Shown here: positions 28,284-36,879 of the stretch, one piece after another
How positions within the stretch are numbered: position 1 is the stretch's first letter
Layout: each line of letters starts with the position of its first letter
NCBI GenBank assembly: GCA_043826565.1
Contig: JBDRPX010000015.1
Location: 3,317-67,316 of the forward strand
DNA: 64,000 nt
From: Candidatus Omnitrophota bacterium
GTDB lineage: Bacteria > Omnitrophota > Gorgyraeia > B26-G9
Reading direction: 5' to 3'
Notes under the pieces: generated by a model
The model's input: only the letters and a program-made list of their open reading frames with translations
The model's database searches: none
What the model was told of the DNA's origin: nothing
Position numbers and translations under genes: made by a program

Positions 28284-29321
28284 TTAAGCTAAGCTTTTTC
28301 TTTGGCTTTGCAATCCCCAGCCAATACCGGCCGCCAGCAAAAGCGTTAATGCTCCTCCAATCAAACCGGACAGGGAAGTTCCCGCGTCAATTACCGGCCA
28401 TGATTGTTTTTGTTCTTGTTCCGGATTGGCAATATCCTCGGCTTGTTTAAATCCATAGTCCGGGAAAAAAGCCGTCTTCTCCTGCACTGAGGATAAAGAA
28501 ACATGCATTGCCTTACTGCTTTCCAGCTCTTCCTGTCCGGAAGTTTTAAACATCGCCCACTCCAGTCCATCCGGATTAGATGACGCAAACCAACTTAAAA
28601 TCCCTCCGGTAAATACCGCGGCAATTAGCAGCCCCGTTAAAACTTTCCGTGTATTACCGGTTTCGGCTGGTTTCTTGTGATTAGCTGTTTTTAAAATTTC
28701 CGGACGCGCGTTCCAAATAAACATAACCACCGCGGCAGTAACCAGGCCCTCCACAATACCGATAGCCAGATGAATCGGCTGCATTAAAACAACAAATGTC
28801 TTAAACGGCAGTTCCGATATTCCCGAGCCCAGGGTTTCCAATACAACGCTAAAAGCTCCCAGCTGCAGGCCAATGATCGAGGCAATAACCGCAGCGATCA
28901 TAATTTTTCCCCGGGCAGAACTGTCCCCGGCAATCTTGCGATAAAGAAACGGATACGCGATAAAACAAGAAAAAAATCCCATATTAAAAATATTACATCC
29001 TAAGGCTAAAAGTCCGCCGTCGGCAAAAAACAGCGCCTGGATTATGAGAACCGATGCCATTACCAAAAAAGCCGCGTAGGGCCCCAGAAGAATCGCCAAG
29101 ATCATTCCTCCGCCCAAATGTCCGCTGGACCCGGTAGCCGGAATACTGAAATTAATCATCTGCGCGGCAAAGATAAACGCTCCCAATACTCCCATTAAGG
29201 GAATTTTGCGCTCATCTGCTTCTTCCTTAACTTTTTTCGCGCTAAACCCGATAAACCCCGCAGTAGCCGCCCACATCCCCACGCCCACTGCCGGAGAAAT
29301 CAAAGCATCTGCCATATGCAT
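28284..29321 (-). CDS. cbiM: cobalt/nickel ECF substrate-capture component CbiM fused to a PDGLE-type (CbiN/NikN-like) C-terminal extension
   Basis: N-terminus MHMADALISPAVG..., GSSGHLGGG motif; C-terminal part contains SSNPDGLEWA and an extra TM. Confidence 0.8.
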   Translation of the reverse strand: MHMADALISPAVGVGMWAATAGFIGFSAKKVKEEADERKIPLMGVLGAFIFAAQMINFSIPATGSSGHLGGGMILAILLGPYAAFLVMASVLIIQALFFADGGLLALGCNIFNMGFFSCFIAYPFLYRKIAGDSSARGKIMIAAVIASIIGLQLGAFSVVLETLGSGISELPFKTFVVLMQPIHLAIGIVEGLVTAAVVMFIWNARPEILKTANHKKPAETGNTRKVLTGLLIAAVFTGGILSWFASSNPDGLEWAMFKTSGQEELESSKAMHVSLSSVQEKTAFFPDYGFKQAEDIANPEQEQKQSWPVIDAGTSLSGLIGGALTLLLAAGIGWGLQSQRKSLA

Positions 29322-29402
29322 AATTGTCTCCTTTCTTCTAATTTAATCTCGCCATGCTTTCCGCCATAAAGCATGGCGGACAAGTGTGGCTGGTGTTTAT
29401 TT

Positions 29403-30617
29403 TTAAAAATCAATCTGTGTCCGGATTCCGCCAACCAAGATTGTAGATGTTCCATTAACCGCATCCTTACCATAAGGATTCGTGATCATCTGAATATCCG
29501 GAGTTACGGACAAATTTTCATTTACCCGGTAATTATAATAAAGCTCTGCGTGTCCTTCGGTTTTAGCCTGTAAATTCCCGGCTTTTTTATATTCATCAGA
29601 AGGATATATAAACCCATAGGCAAAACCCAAGACATCTTCGTCCCTTCCCCATAAAGTTCCGTTAAACTGCATTCCCGCACTGTAAGAACTTTCCAAAGAA
29701 AAGGTTGTTGTATCCAAAGCCGCCTCATCCTGCTGCCAGCCGCAGCGTAAAAATATTCCGACATCATCGGTGATTTCCTGGTCAAAGCTTACACCAAAAC
29801 CGCTACCCTCTTCTTTTATCTTAGCAGCAGCATTCCACTTGGTATGCGGTGCGTCATTGTACCAATAATACACGCGGTAATTCCCCGCACGGCCCATTAA
29901 TTCCGGTTTTAAATTAGCCTGAACTGCCCACCAAAGAGAATCTGCGATCTGATTAAAATCAGCATCACCGTCAGCAGTTATAGCTTCTATTTCCACGACA
30001 TCTGCTGCCAATACTCCCAGCCTAATCCCGATAGTATTGTCCGGGAACTCAATTACCGGAGAGCGCTTGAACATACTGCCCAAAAACTGCGCGCATTCAT
30101 CGCCCGCGTATTCATTAGCATCAATATAACTACTGCTATCAATCTTACCAAAAGTCAAAATCGCGGTATCATCAAAATTCTGCTCCCAGAATAATTCCGA
30201 AACCATCATAACCCCAGCGGCAGGGTTCGCGTCCTGATTGACATTAGAAAATAATTCCAGATCATCTGTAACGCCATTGCCTTCGCCGGTTTCTAAATGC
30301 AAAAACGCTTTGGCTCCATTATCAAATTCTTTTTCTAATTCAATATCCGCGGAATAGCTCGCGTCCGTAGTCTCATTTCCTTTATACCCGATATTATTCG
30401 CGGTAATTCCTGAACCATTGGCATTACTTGTTCCCTGAATAACCATTGTCGCGCCTACGCCCAGGTTTAATCCGTCCAATAAATTGGACCCTTCCAGCTT
30501 TTCTTCCAAAGCCGCAACCCTTGATTCTAAATCGTTCGCAGCTTGCGCGCAGCCACAGCTGGCCGCTAGTAACAGCCCCGCGGCAAAAACAACACCCCAC
30601 ACTTTACTAACCGGCAT
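29403..30617 (-). CDS. putative outer-membrane porin with N-terminal coiled-coil segment
   Basis: signal peptide; NDLESRVAALEEKLEG coiled-coil; alternating amphipathic strands; terminal F (..RTQIDF); directly upstream of cbiM. Confidence 0.55.
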   Translation of the reverse strand: MPVSKVWGVVFAAGLLLAASCGCAQAANDLESRVAALEEKLEGSNLLDGLNLGVGATMVIQGTSNANGSGITANNIGYKGNETTDASYSADIELEKEFDNGAKAFLHLETGEGNGVTDDLELFSNVNQDANPAAGVMMVSELFWEQNFDDTAILTFGKIDSSSYIDANEYAGDECAQFLGSMFKRSPVIEFPDNTIGIRLGVLAADVVEIEAITADGDADFNQIADSLWWAVQANLKPELMGRAGNYRVYYWYNDAPHTKWNAAAKIKEEGSGFGVSFDQEITDDVGIFLRCGWQQDEAALDTTTFSLESSYSAGMQFNGTLWGRDEDVLGFAYGFIYPSDEYKKAGNLQAKTEGHAELYYNYRVNENLSVTPDIQMITNPYGKDAVNGTSTILVGGIRTQIDF

Positions 30618-30704
30618 TACTCTCCTCCTTTAATACTCGCATCTTCCGGAGGCCCGGTCAGAATACAAAAATTTTCAATCAACATCTACGGGTGTAGTCT
30701 GTTA

Positions 30705-30866
30705 CTATTATCATGGAAACCGTTTTTTCTCTCTTTTCTCAATCTGAACCACCTTTGAATCATGCACGGTAATAACCACTTCTCCGTATTTGATCTTTTT
30801 TAAAGAGAGTACGATTTCGTCGATCACATCCTGGCTTATTTTCTGATTGGAATTTAAATCTTTCAT
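30705..30866 (-). CDS. YezD/DUF2292-family small protein (53 aa), not in ORF track
   Basis: translation [51 protein letters not shown] fits the YezD pattern ..YGsVtItVhdgkVvQIE..EK.R. Confidence 0.55.
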
Positions 30867-30938
30867 TTATAGTAGCACGTTTTTTATAATAGTAACACGA
30901 AAGAGTGAAATGTCAAGAATTTTTACTAGGCGGGTTAT

Positions 30939-32354
30939 TTAATGCCGGGGTTTGCATTCTCTCCCAAAAACTTCAAACTCCCACAAAGAATGGCCGAATT
31001 CTGTTCCGCGCTCAATAGCATACATACTTATATACCGCGCCGGAGCATTAAGATTGGTGATCTCTTCAGTTTTTCCTTTTCCGTTTTGCGTAGAATAAAT
31101 TGTCTGCCATTCTACGGCATTTTCGGAAACCTGTATTTCATAGGTCGTAGCGTATGCCACTTCCCAGCTTAAGCGAACAGCTTTAATCCAATAGGTTTCG
31201 CCTAAATCGATCTGGATCCATTGCGAGTCCGCAAAGTGAGAAGACCAGCGGGTATCCGGATTTCCGTCAACCGCAGATTCCGGAGGGTATTGGGCTGATT
31301 CAACCGTGGAAGAACTTACCTGTTTGTTTTGGGAAATCAAATGCGGCGCCCCCGGAGACACAACAAAGTGAGCTTTTATCTGTTTGTGCGCGTTCATTTT
31401 GATTATTGCCGGGTTTTCTCTTCCGGTTAAATCTCCGCTCCAATGACTGAATTCATATCCGATAGACGGGCTTACCGTAAGGCTAACACTATCTCCTTCT
31501 TTATACACCTCTTGCTGAGGGTCAGCAGTAATATGCCCGTTTTGAGTATATGTCGTTAAAAAATATGCCCCGGGAACTTCTTTCGCGTAAATACGCACAT
31601 AATCGATCTCATGATATTGCGGAAATTCTGTAGCACTGTTAGGGCTTCCCGGCCAGTTACCGCCGACTGCTGTATTCAGAATTAAGTAAAACGGCTCCTG
31701 CGGGATATTGTCCGTTTCCAGAAAGCATTGCACTCCGTCAACATACCAGCACAATTCCTGGGGGGTCCATGCTAAAGCAAATGTGTGAAAATCATCAGAA
31801 AAATCCGGGCCGGTATACATAGAGGCCTGGTGTTTTTTATTCGGCCAGATGCCCCAGTGGTGGGTCGTATAAATAGTATTGGGCGAATGCCCTAAGAGCT
31901 CCATAATGTCTATTTCCGGAGGCCATTCTCCGCTTGCCGGCAGCATCCAATGCGCTGCCCATAAACCTTTTCCTTTAGGCAGTTTTGCTCTTATTTCAAA
32001 ATATCCGTATTGTCTGGCAAATCGATCTATTGTTTCTACTAGTCCGGAGGTGTATTGCCGGCCTTTCATTAATCTTTTCTGACTGCGTAAAACAAGAACC
32101 CCGTCCTGCAAATAGACATCTTCCGGAGTATAATATTGAAGCTCATTATTTTTAAACAGAGCCGCGTCTTCAATTCTCCATTTAGTCAGGTCTAATGATT
32201 CTCCTTCAAATTCATCCTGCCAGAGAAGACACCAATTTTCTTTAATTTCCCGGGGAGTCGTTTGCGCGTATACTGTAATACCTGATATTAAAAATAGTCC
32301 TGCGGCGAGGAAAACAATGGGCAGGGATTTATATATTAAACAACGCTTTTTCAT
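30939..32354 (-). CDS. secreted glycoside hydrolase family 16 (laminarinase/beta-glucanase-type) with C-terminal F5/8 type C (discoidin/CBM32-like) domain
   Basis: signal peptide; GH16 catalytic motif EIDIME; C-terminal ..NPDTRWSS..WIQIDLGETYWI.. Confidence 0.85.
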   Translation of the reverse strand: MKKRCLIYKSLPIVFLAAGLFLISGITVYAQTTPREIKENWCLLWQDEFEGESLDLTKWRIEDAALFKNNELQYYTPEDVYLQDGVLVLRSQKRLMKGRQYTSGLVETIDRFARQYGYFEIRAKLPKGKGLWAAHWMLPASGEWPPEIDIMELLGHSPNTIYTTHHWGIWPNKKHQASMYTGPDFSDDFHTFALAWTPQELCWYVDGVQCFLETDNIPQEPFYLILNTAVGGNWPGSPNSATEFPQYHEIDYVRIYAKEVPGAYFLTTYTQNGHITADPQQEVYKEGDSVSLTVSPSIGYEFSHWSGDLTGRENPAIIKMNAHKQIKAHFVVSPGAPHLISQNKQVSSSTVESAQYPPESAVDGNPDTRWSSHFADSQWIQIDLGETYWIKAVRLSWEVAYATTYEIQVSENAVEWQTIYSTQNGKGKTEEITNLNAPARYISMYAIERGTEFGHSLWEFEVFGRECKPRH

Positions 32355-32403
32355 TTTATAATCATCTCGCCAGGCAACAGATCTCTATTAAATGTCTTTT
32401 CTT

Positions 32404-32703
32404 CTATTTAATTTTAGACATTATTGTTTTTGCTCCGACAAAGTCGCTTCCCTCTTCCTGACGCACAACCTTGTAAAACTCACAGCTTAAACATTTACTT
32501 AGCTTTACAGCAAATGAAGCTTGTTTTTCACCGTCACAAAGAGTATCCATGATCGCCCAGCAGGCCCGGCCGCCGTTTTTCCCATGGTTAATTCCCTCTG
32601 TTCTTTTTTCTGTTGCCGCCGTACATACCCCGCATTTTTCCGCATTTGCACCGCCCGGCTGGCATCCGCATTTTTTAAATTCCCAGCAATTAATTTTTAC
32701 CAT
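32404..32703 (-). CDS. small cysteine-rich protein, two-CW-domain-like (paralog 2)
   Basis: NCWEFKKCG..GKNGGRACWAIMDTLC..CLSCEFYKVVRQEE; two CW dipeptides. Confidence 0.6.
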   Translation of the reverse strand: MVKINCWEFKKCGCQPGGANAEKCGVCTAATEKRTEGINHGKNGGRACWAIMDTLCDGEKQASFAVKLSKCLSCEFYKVVRQEEGSDFVGAKTIMSKIK

Positions 32704-32958
32704 AAATTACCCCCAAGTAGAAACATAATATTCTCTCCTTTTATATCAGAAATTCACTAAAAAAGCAACCCTTAAAGACCTCCGCCGCATCGCCCGCCCC
32801 TTGCTTTTCCAAAAAATTTATGCTATCTTATGCACGTACCGTTAGTTTTGATCGTATGATCTTTTGCGGAAAAATACCTGGGCGGTGATCTGAGCGTAAG
32901 CGAAGATCATCTCGAACAGAGTGAGAGATCTTCAAAAAGCCTACAGGATAAGAATATC

Positions 32959-33291
32959 TTGATGAATAAAGATATATTTGTAAAACCTTGGTTTTTATAT
33001 ATCGCAAAATGTCGAGATGGGACACTTTATGTTGGTGTTGCGCAAGATGTATATAAAAGAATAAAGGAACATAATACAACCAATCGATGTAGATATACGC
33101 GGTTCCGCAAGCCACTAATATTGATATATAAGGAAAAATCTGATAATTATAGCTTAGTGCGAAAAAGAGAATCAGAAGTAAAGAAATTTAGTCGGAAGAA
33201 AAAGCTAGCGCTAATAGAACAAAGAATCTCAGAGAAGCTATCTCACCCCAAAGAACGGGGTTCGATATCCGCTGATCGAAGCAAAAGTTGA
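32959..33291 (+). CDS. small GIY-YIG nuclease-domain protein (paralog B) with basic C-terminal tail
   Basis: MNKDIFVKPWFLYIAKCRDGTLYVGVAQDVYKRIKEHN..; flanked by about 31-bp imperfect direct repeats. Confidence 0.75.
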   Translation: MMNKDIFVKPWFLYIAKCRDGTLYVGVAQDVYKRIKEHNTTNRCRYTRFRKPLILIYKEKSDNYSLVRKRESEVKKFSRKKKLALIEQRISEKLSHPKERGSISADRSKS

Positions 33292-33392
33292 GATCATCTC
33301 GAGCAAACGCGAGAGATCTGATTATATTTAGACATAAGACTTCTCACCTGAAAAACAGGTTCGACGTCCGCTCAAAATTATTAGCATAATTA

Positions 33393-33418
33393 TTCGCGGA
33401 GGAATGGCTGAGCGGTTG
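33393..33418 (+). repeat. 26-bp duplicate of the 5' end of tRNA-Ser(UGA) gene (ttcgc + acceptor/D-arm)
   Basis: ttcgcggaggaatggctgagcggttg identical to 33635..33660; not followed by the rest of a tRNA. Confidence 0.6.
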
Positions 33419-33639
33419 TCCGCCGGGAGGACACAGAGAAGTTGCCTACGGCGAGATCTCGCCCGGCCTAATAAGAAAAATTTTTGATTTTGGCCGAGGC
33501 GGAAATGCGGCTGGTCTTGCGAAGCGAATGAAATGAGCGGAGTCCCGCAAGGATGCTTAAATAAGAGCACTGTCGCGGGGCAAACCGTTGTAACAACGGA
33601 ATACATAGTATACTTAAACAAAAATTTAATATTTTTCGC

Positions 33640-33727
33640 GGAGGAATGGCTGAGCGGTTGAAAGCGGCGGTCTTGAAAACCGTTGTACTGCAAGGTACCG
33701 TGGGTTCGAATCCTACTTCCTCCGCCA
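33640..33727 (+). tRNA. tRNA-Ser (anticodon UGA), long variable arm
   Basis: GGAGGAA..anticodon loop CTTGAAA..variable arm TGTACTGCAAGGTAC..T-arm GTGGGTTCGAATCCTAC..TTCCTCC-G-CCA. Confidence 0.85.
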
Positions 33728-34032
33728 GAACATCAAACCCCCTTCATGGGGGTTTTTATTTTCTAGTCGTGGATGAGGAGGATGAGAACCCAAAAAGAGG
33801 ATTTTAAGGAGGAGGATTGTTCCTTCTTATCGGCGCACGTGAACCCCACGCGGAAGGAAAAGGAACAGCCCGAAGGGCGATAGGGAAAAACCATGAGGGT
33901 TTTTCTCTATAGAGTAAGCGGACCGCAATACCGGCAAAGCCGGTTGTAGGGAAGCGACACGACGGGGGCGTAATCCTACTTCCTCCGCCAGAAAAGCGCC
34001 TTTCACTGAAAGCCTTCTTTCTGGTATAATAA
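33721..34032 (+). repeat. structured non-coding repeat element copy 1, starting at tRNA-Ser 3' end (terminator, hairpin-rich core, duplicated tRNA 3' end, extended -10)
   Basis: about 90% identical to 38747..39045; reading frames not conserved between copies; ends with aatcctacttcctccgcca (19-bp repeat of tRNA 3' end) then TGGTATAAT. Confidence 0.6.
33735..33764 (+). terminator. intrinsic terminator after tRNA-Ser(UGA)
   Basis: AAACCCCCTTCATGGGGGTTTTTATTTTC. Confidence 0.6.
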
Positions 34033-34056
34033 CACATATTTAAAAAGGAAATTTTT

Positions 34057-34911
34057 ATGAAAAAATTAAAACCAAAAGAACCATTACTGGCGCTATTATT
34101 AGCCTGTCTTTTCCCAGGATTAGGACAAGTGTATGCAGGACAGACAAAACGCGGGATTAAATTCTTTTGCCTTTTAGTTGTCTTGCCGTTAATCCCCATC
34201 TTGTATCTTTTACATCCTCAGACAGGGATACCTGCTGTTTTAGGATATGCTTTTCTGGCAATGCTTGGCTTTCTGGTTATTTTAAGTTTTGTTGTGCTTG
34301 TAGACGCATATAAATGTGCAAAATCGTTCAATCGGCATCGTAATATTAAAATAACTACTTCTCGGTCAAAAAAGTTTTGGCTAATTATCTACATTATCTT
34401 TTTTCTCTTCGTGTTCAATCCTAGTTCTCTCGTTGGGCTTTATGTGAAAACATCGGTGATTCAAGCCTTTAAAATCCCGGTAGGCTCAATGATGCCTACA
34501 CTTATTGCAGGAGATCGTATTATTTGTAATAAACTGGCTTATAAAAAATCCGCACCGAAAAGAGGTGATGTTATAATTTTTAAATTTCCGGAAAACCCTA
34601 AAATTGTTTTTATTAAAAGACTCGTGGGATTTCCCGGAGAAACATTAGAAATTCGGAGTGGACAGATTATCATTAATGGCAAAACACTTAAAGAGCCTAA
34701 AGCAATAACACAAACGTTTTATCATAATCGCGGAGAATATGGACAGGAAGAACAAGCTATTACAATCCCAGAAGATAGTTATTTTTGCCTGGGAGATAAC
34801 AGCTATAATAGCAGAGATTCCCGTTATTGGGGGTTTGTCCCGAAAAAGAACCTTATAGGTAAAGCATATAAGATTTATTGGCCTTTTGATAGATCGGGGC
34901 CAATAGAATAA
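34057..34911 (+). CDS. lepB: signal peptidase I with extended multi-TM N-terminal region
   Basis: boxes GSMMPTL (Ser), KRLVGFPGE (Lys), GDNSYNSRDSRYWGFV; about 115-aa N-terminal membrane extension. Confidence 0.85.
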   Translation: MKKLKPKEPLLALLLACLFPGLGQVYAGQTKRGIKFFCLLVVLPLIPILYLLHPQTGIPAVLGYAFLAMLGFLVILSFVVLVDAYKCAKSFNRHRNIKITTSRSKKFWLIIYIIFFLFVFNPSSLVGLYVKTSVIQAFKIPVGSMMPTLIAGDRIICNKLAYKKSAPKRGDVIIFKFPENPKIVFIKRLVGFPGETLEIRSGQIIINGKTLKEPKAITQTFYHNRGEYGQEEQAITIPEDSYFCLGDNSYNSRDSRYWGFVPKKNLIGKAYKIYWPFDRSGPIE

Positions 34912-34925
34912 GAAAGGCATTTAAT

Positions 34926-36413
34926 ATGCGAGTAAACATTTTTGTTGGATTAGTAGTATTAGGACTTGGCCTTTATTGGCTTATCCCGTGGATTCGAAAA
35001 CTTAACGATAAATACATTAAAGGAGAATTTATTGTTAAGAAATATCCTTTGAAGGAAATTTGGAGTCAGATTATTGGCAATAAGGAAGTTTTAAAACGGC
35101 TTTTAATTACCGTTACAATTTTGATTTTAATACGCATGGCTTACCATATCCCCTTACCCTGTATTGACACAACTCCTATGAGGGACTTTTTTTCTAAACA
35201 CTCTACAATGAGCTCTTCTTATCCACAAATATATGTTCTAAATTTAGGGTTATTGCCTTTTACGGGAATGTGTGGTCTTTTGCTTTTGTTTTCAATTATT
35301 ATTCCTCCCCTGCGCAGAAACGTCTTTGGGGGCGAAAAAGGCCGTAATAAATTAATAAAACATACCTTGTTCGGCGCAGCAATACTAGCAATCTTCCAAT
35401 CCTACTCCTTTATGTCTTATGTGTTTGAACAGAATTTAGTCACAATCAACGGCCCTTATATTAATTTTATTATTATAAGTATAACAACTTTGTTAGCTGG
35501 AGTTTTTTGTTTAATTGTTGCCGCAGAAACTATTAATCGATTTGGAATTGGAAATGGATATGCCCTAATTATATCTGAGGCTATTCTGTTAGGAATCATA
35601 TCCAAATTGTATAAACTTCAATCCCTTTTACCTATACTTATGGTTCTTGGAATTCTTTTTGTACTTGGTTATTTTACCCGACTGATAAAACCTGAAGAAA
35701 TAATAAATAAAAAAGGAGAAAAAACAACACTGAAATTCCGGCTTAGCTGGGTTGGACTTGGCCCGCTCCTGCTGGCAAGCACAATTATCATGCCCTTATA
35801 CACTTTAACCCATTTTTGGAATGCTCGATGGATAAGTCATTATTATATTTTTGACATATTGACAGCTTTATTAATTATCCCTACTACTTTTTTATATAGC
35901 AGCATAGTCTTTGACCCCCAATATGTTTCGAAGCTTTTAAATAAATACGGCTATTCCTTTGCAAATAACCCTAAAGAGTTGACTCCAAGCCGCTATCTAG
36001 AAAAAACCGTGCTTAAAGTCCTTCCCATAACCGCTGTTTTATTATGCTTGGGCTATATGCTTCCAAAACTTTTGGTGCATACGAAACTTTATTCAGGATC
36101 AACGATGGTAGTCGTAATCGGAGGAAGATTAGGTCTTTGGGGCTTAACTGGTGCTTTTCTTGATTTACTCGACCAGTTAGAGTTTTTTCATAAAAAGAAA
36201 CTAGCTGGAATAAAAGAATGGGGAATTTGCTATGTAGCCCAGGACGAAATAGAAGCTAGCATAAAAAGTGGATACTTGAGATCACAAGAAATAAAGGCCT
36301 TAGTTAAACCCTATAGATATACTTGGGGCTTACCCATTAGAACAATGGTCGATAAATATGAAATTTATGTACCTCAAGAGCGAGTACAAAAGGCGCGGGA
36401 ACTGATCGTTTAA
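34926..36413 (+). CDS. SecY-homologous translocon-like membrane protein with extra N-terminal TM helix and C-terminal DUF2007-like soluble domain
   Basis: aligns with SecY blocks: LKRLLITVTILILIRMAYHIPLPCID, LGLLPF..IIPPLRR..GGEKGRNKLIKHTLFGAAILAIFQS, GIGNG, FDPQ..LNKYGY, C-terminal TM10-like VVVIGG..LDLLDQLE; then roughly 90 extra residues (EIYVPQERVQKARELIV). Confidence 0.7.
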   Translation: MRVNIFVGLVVLGLGLYWLIPWIRKLNDKYIKGEFIVKKYPLKEIWSQIIGNKEVLKRLLITVTILILIRMAYHIPLPCIDTTPMRDFFSKHSTMSSSYPQIYVLNLGLLPFTGMCGLLLLFSIIIPPLRRNVFGGEKGRNKLIKHTLFGAAILAIFQSYSFMSYVFEQNLVTINGPYINFIIISITTLLAGVFCLIVAAETINRFGIGNGYALIISEAILLGIISKLYKLQSLLPILMVLGILFVLGYFTRLIKPEEIINKKGEKTTLKFRLSWVGLGPLLLASTIIMPLYTLTHFWNARWISHYYIFDILTALLIIPTTFLYSSIVFDPQYVSKLLNKYGYSFANNPKELTPSRYLEKTVLKVLPITAVLLCLGYMLPKLLVHTKLYSGSTMVVVIGGRLGLWGLTGAFLDLLDQLEFFHKKKLAGIKEWGICYVAQDEIEASIKSGYLRSQEIKALVKPYRYTWGLPIRTMVDKYEIYVPQERVQKARELIV

Positions 36414-36432
36414 AACAAAAGGACGCTATTTA

Positions 36433-36879
36433 ATGAAACATCTTAGAAAAAGGTTATGTTTTTTTATACTACTAAGCGCTCTTATTTCTTACAGTTTTGC
36501 TTACGGAAGAGTATCAAGCATTAAGATTAATGAGCAGGCATATGAAGTTATCTATGGGGAGGAAATGACTATATACCTAGGCAAGCCCGCAAATCCACCG
36601 ACCCAACTTATAGCAAAACTTAAAGAATATTTCAAAACTAATAAAAAAATAGAATCTGCATACCTCGCACAAATGGCTGTGCCTCAAGAAAAACAACCTT
36701 CTCATCCAGTAATTGGAATAAAGATGTCTGGTCAAATTGAGACCATTTTAGATACACTGTTTTCTCTGGCAAAAGGATCATTAAGAAAGACCGACTTTGT
36801 TGATTTCATTCCCATTGAGCCTGGGACTACAATCTCAGAGTATATGCTTAAAGAAGTGGAGCCGTTTTATGAAAAATAA
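36433..36879 (+). CDS. secreted hypothetical protein (148 aa)
   Basis: signal peptide MKHLRKRLCFFILLSALISYSFA. Confidence 0.5.
   Translation: MKHLRKRLCFFILLSALISYSFAYGRVSSIKINEQAYEVIYGEEMTIYLGKPANPPTQLIAKLKEYFKTNKKIESAYLAQMAVPQEKQPSHPVIGIKMSGQIETILDTLFSLAKGSLRKTDFVDFIPIEPGTTISEYMLKEVEPFYEK

Noticed and set aside
29322-29402. Cobalamin or NiCo riboswitch in the cbiM leader
   Set aside because: The leader is only about 80 nt with a single hairpin (CCGCCATGCTTTATGGCGG), too short for a B12 riboswitch; no conserved B12-box was seen.
33804-34199. 131-aa minus-strand ORF across the repeat element and lepB start (also the N-terminal 110 aa of 38492..39058)
   Set aside because: The translation is proline/arginine-rich nonsense. 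Indels between the two repeat copies shift the frame, so the sequence is non-coding structured DNA/RNA rather than a gene.
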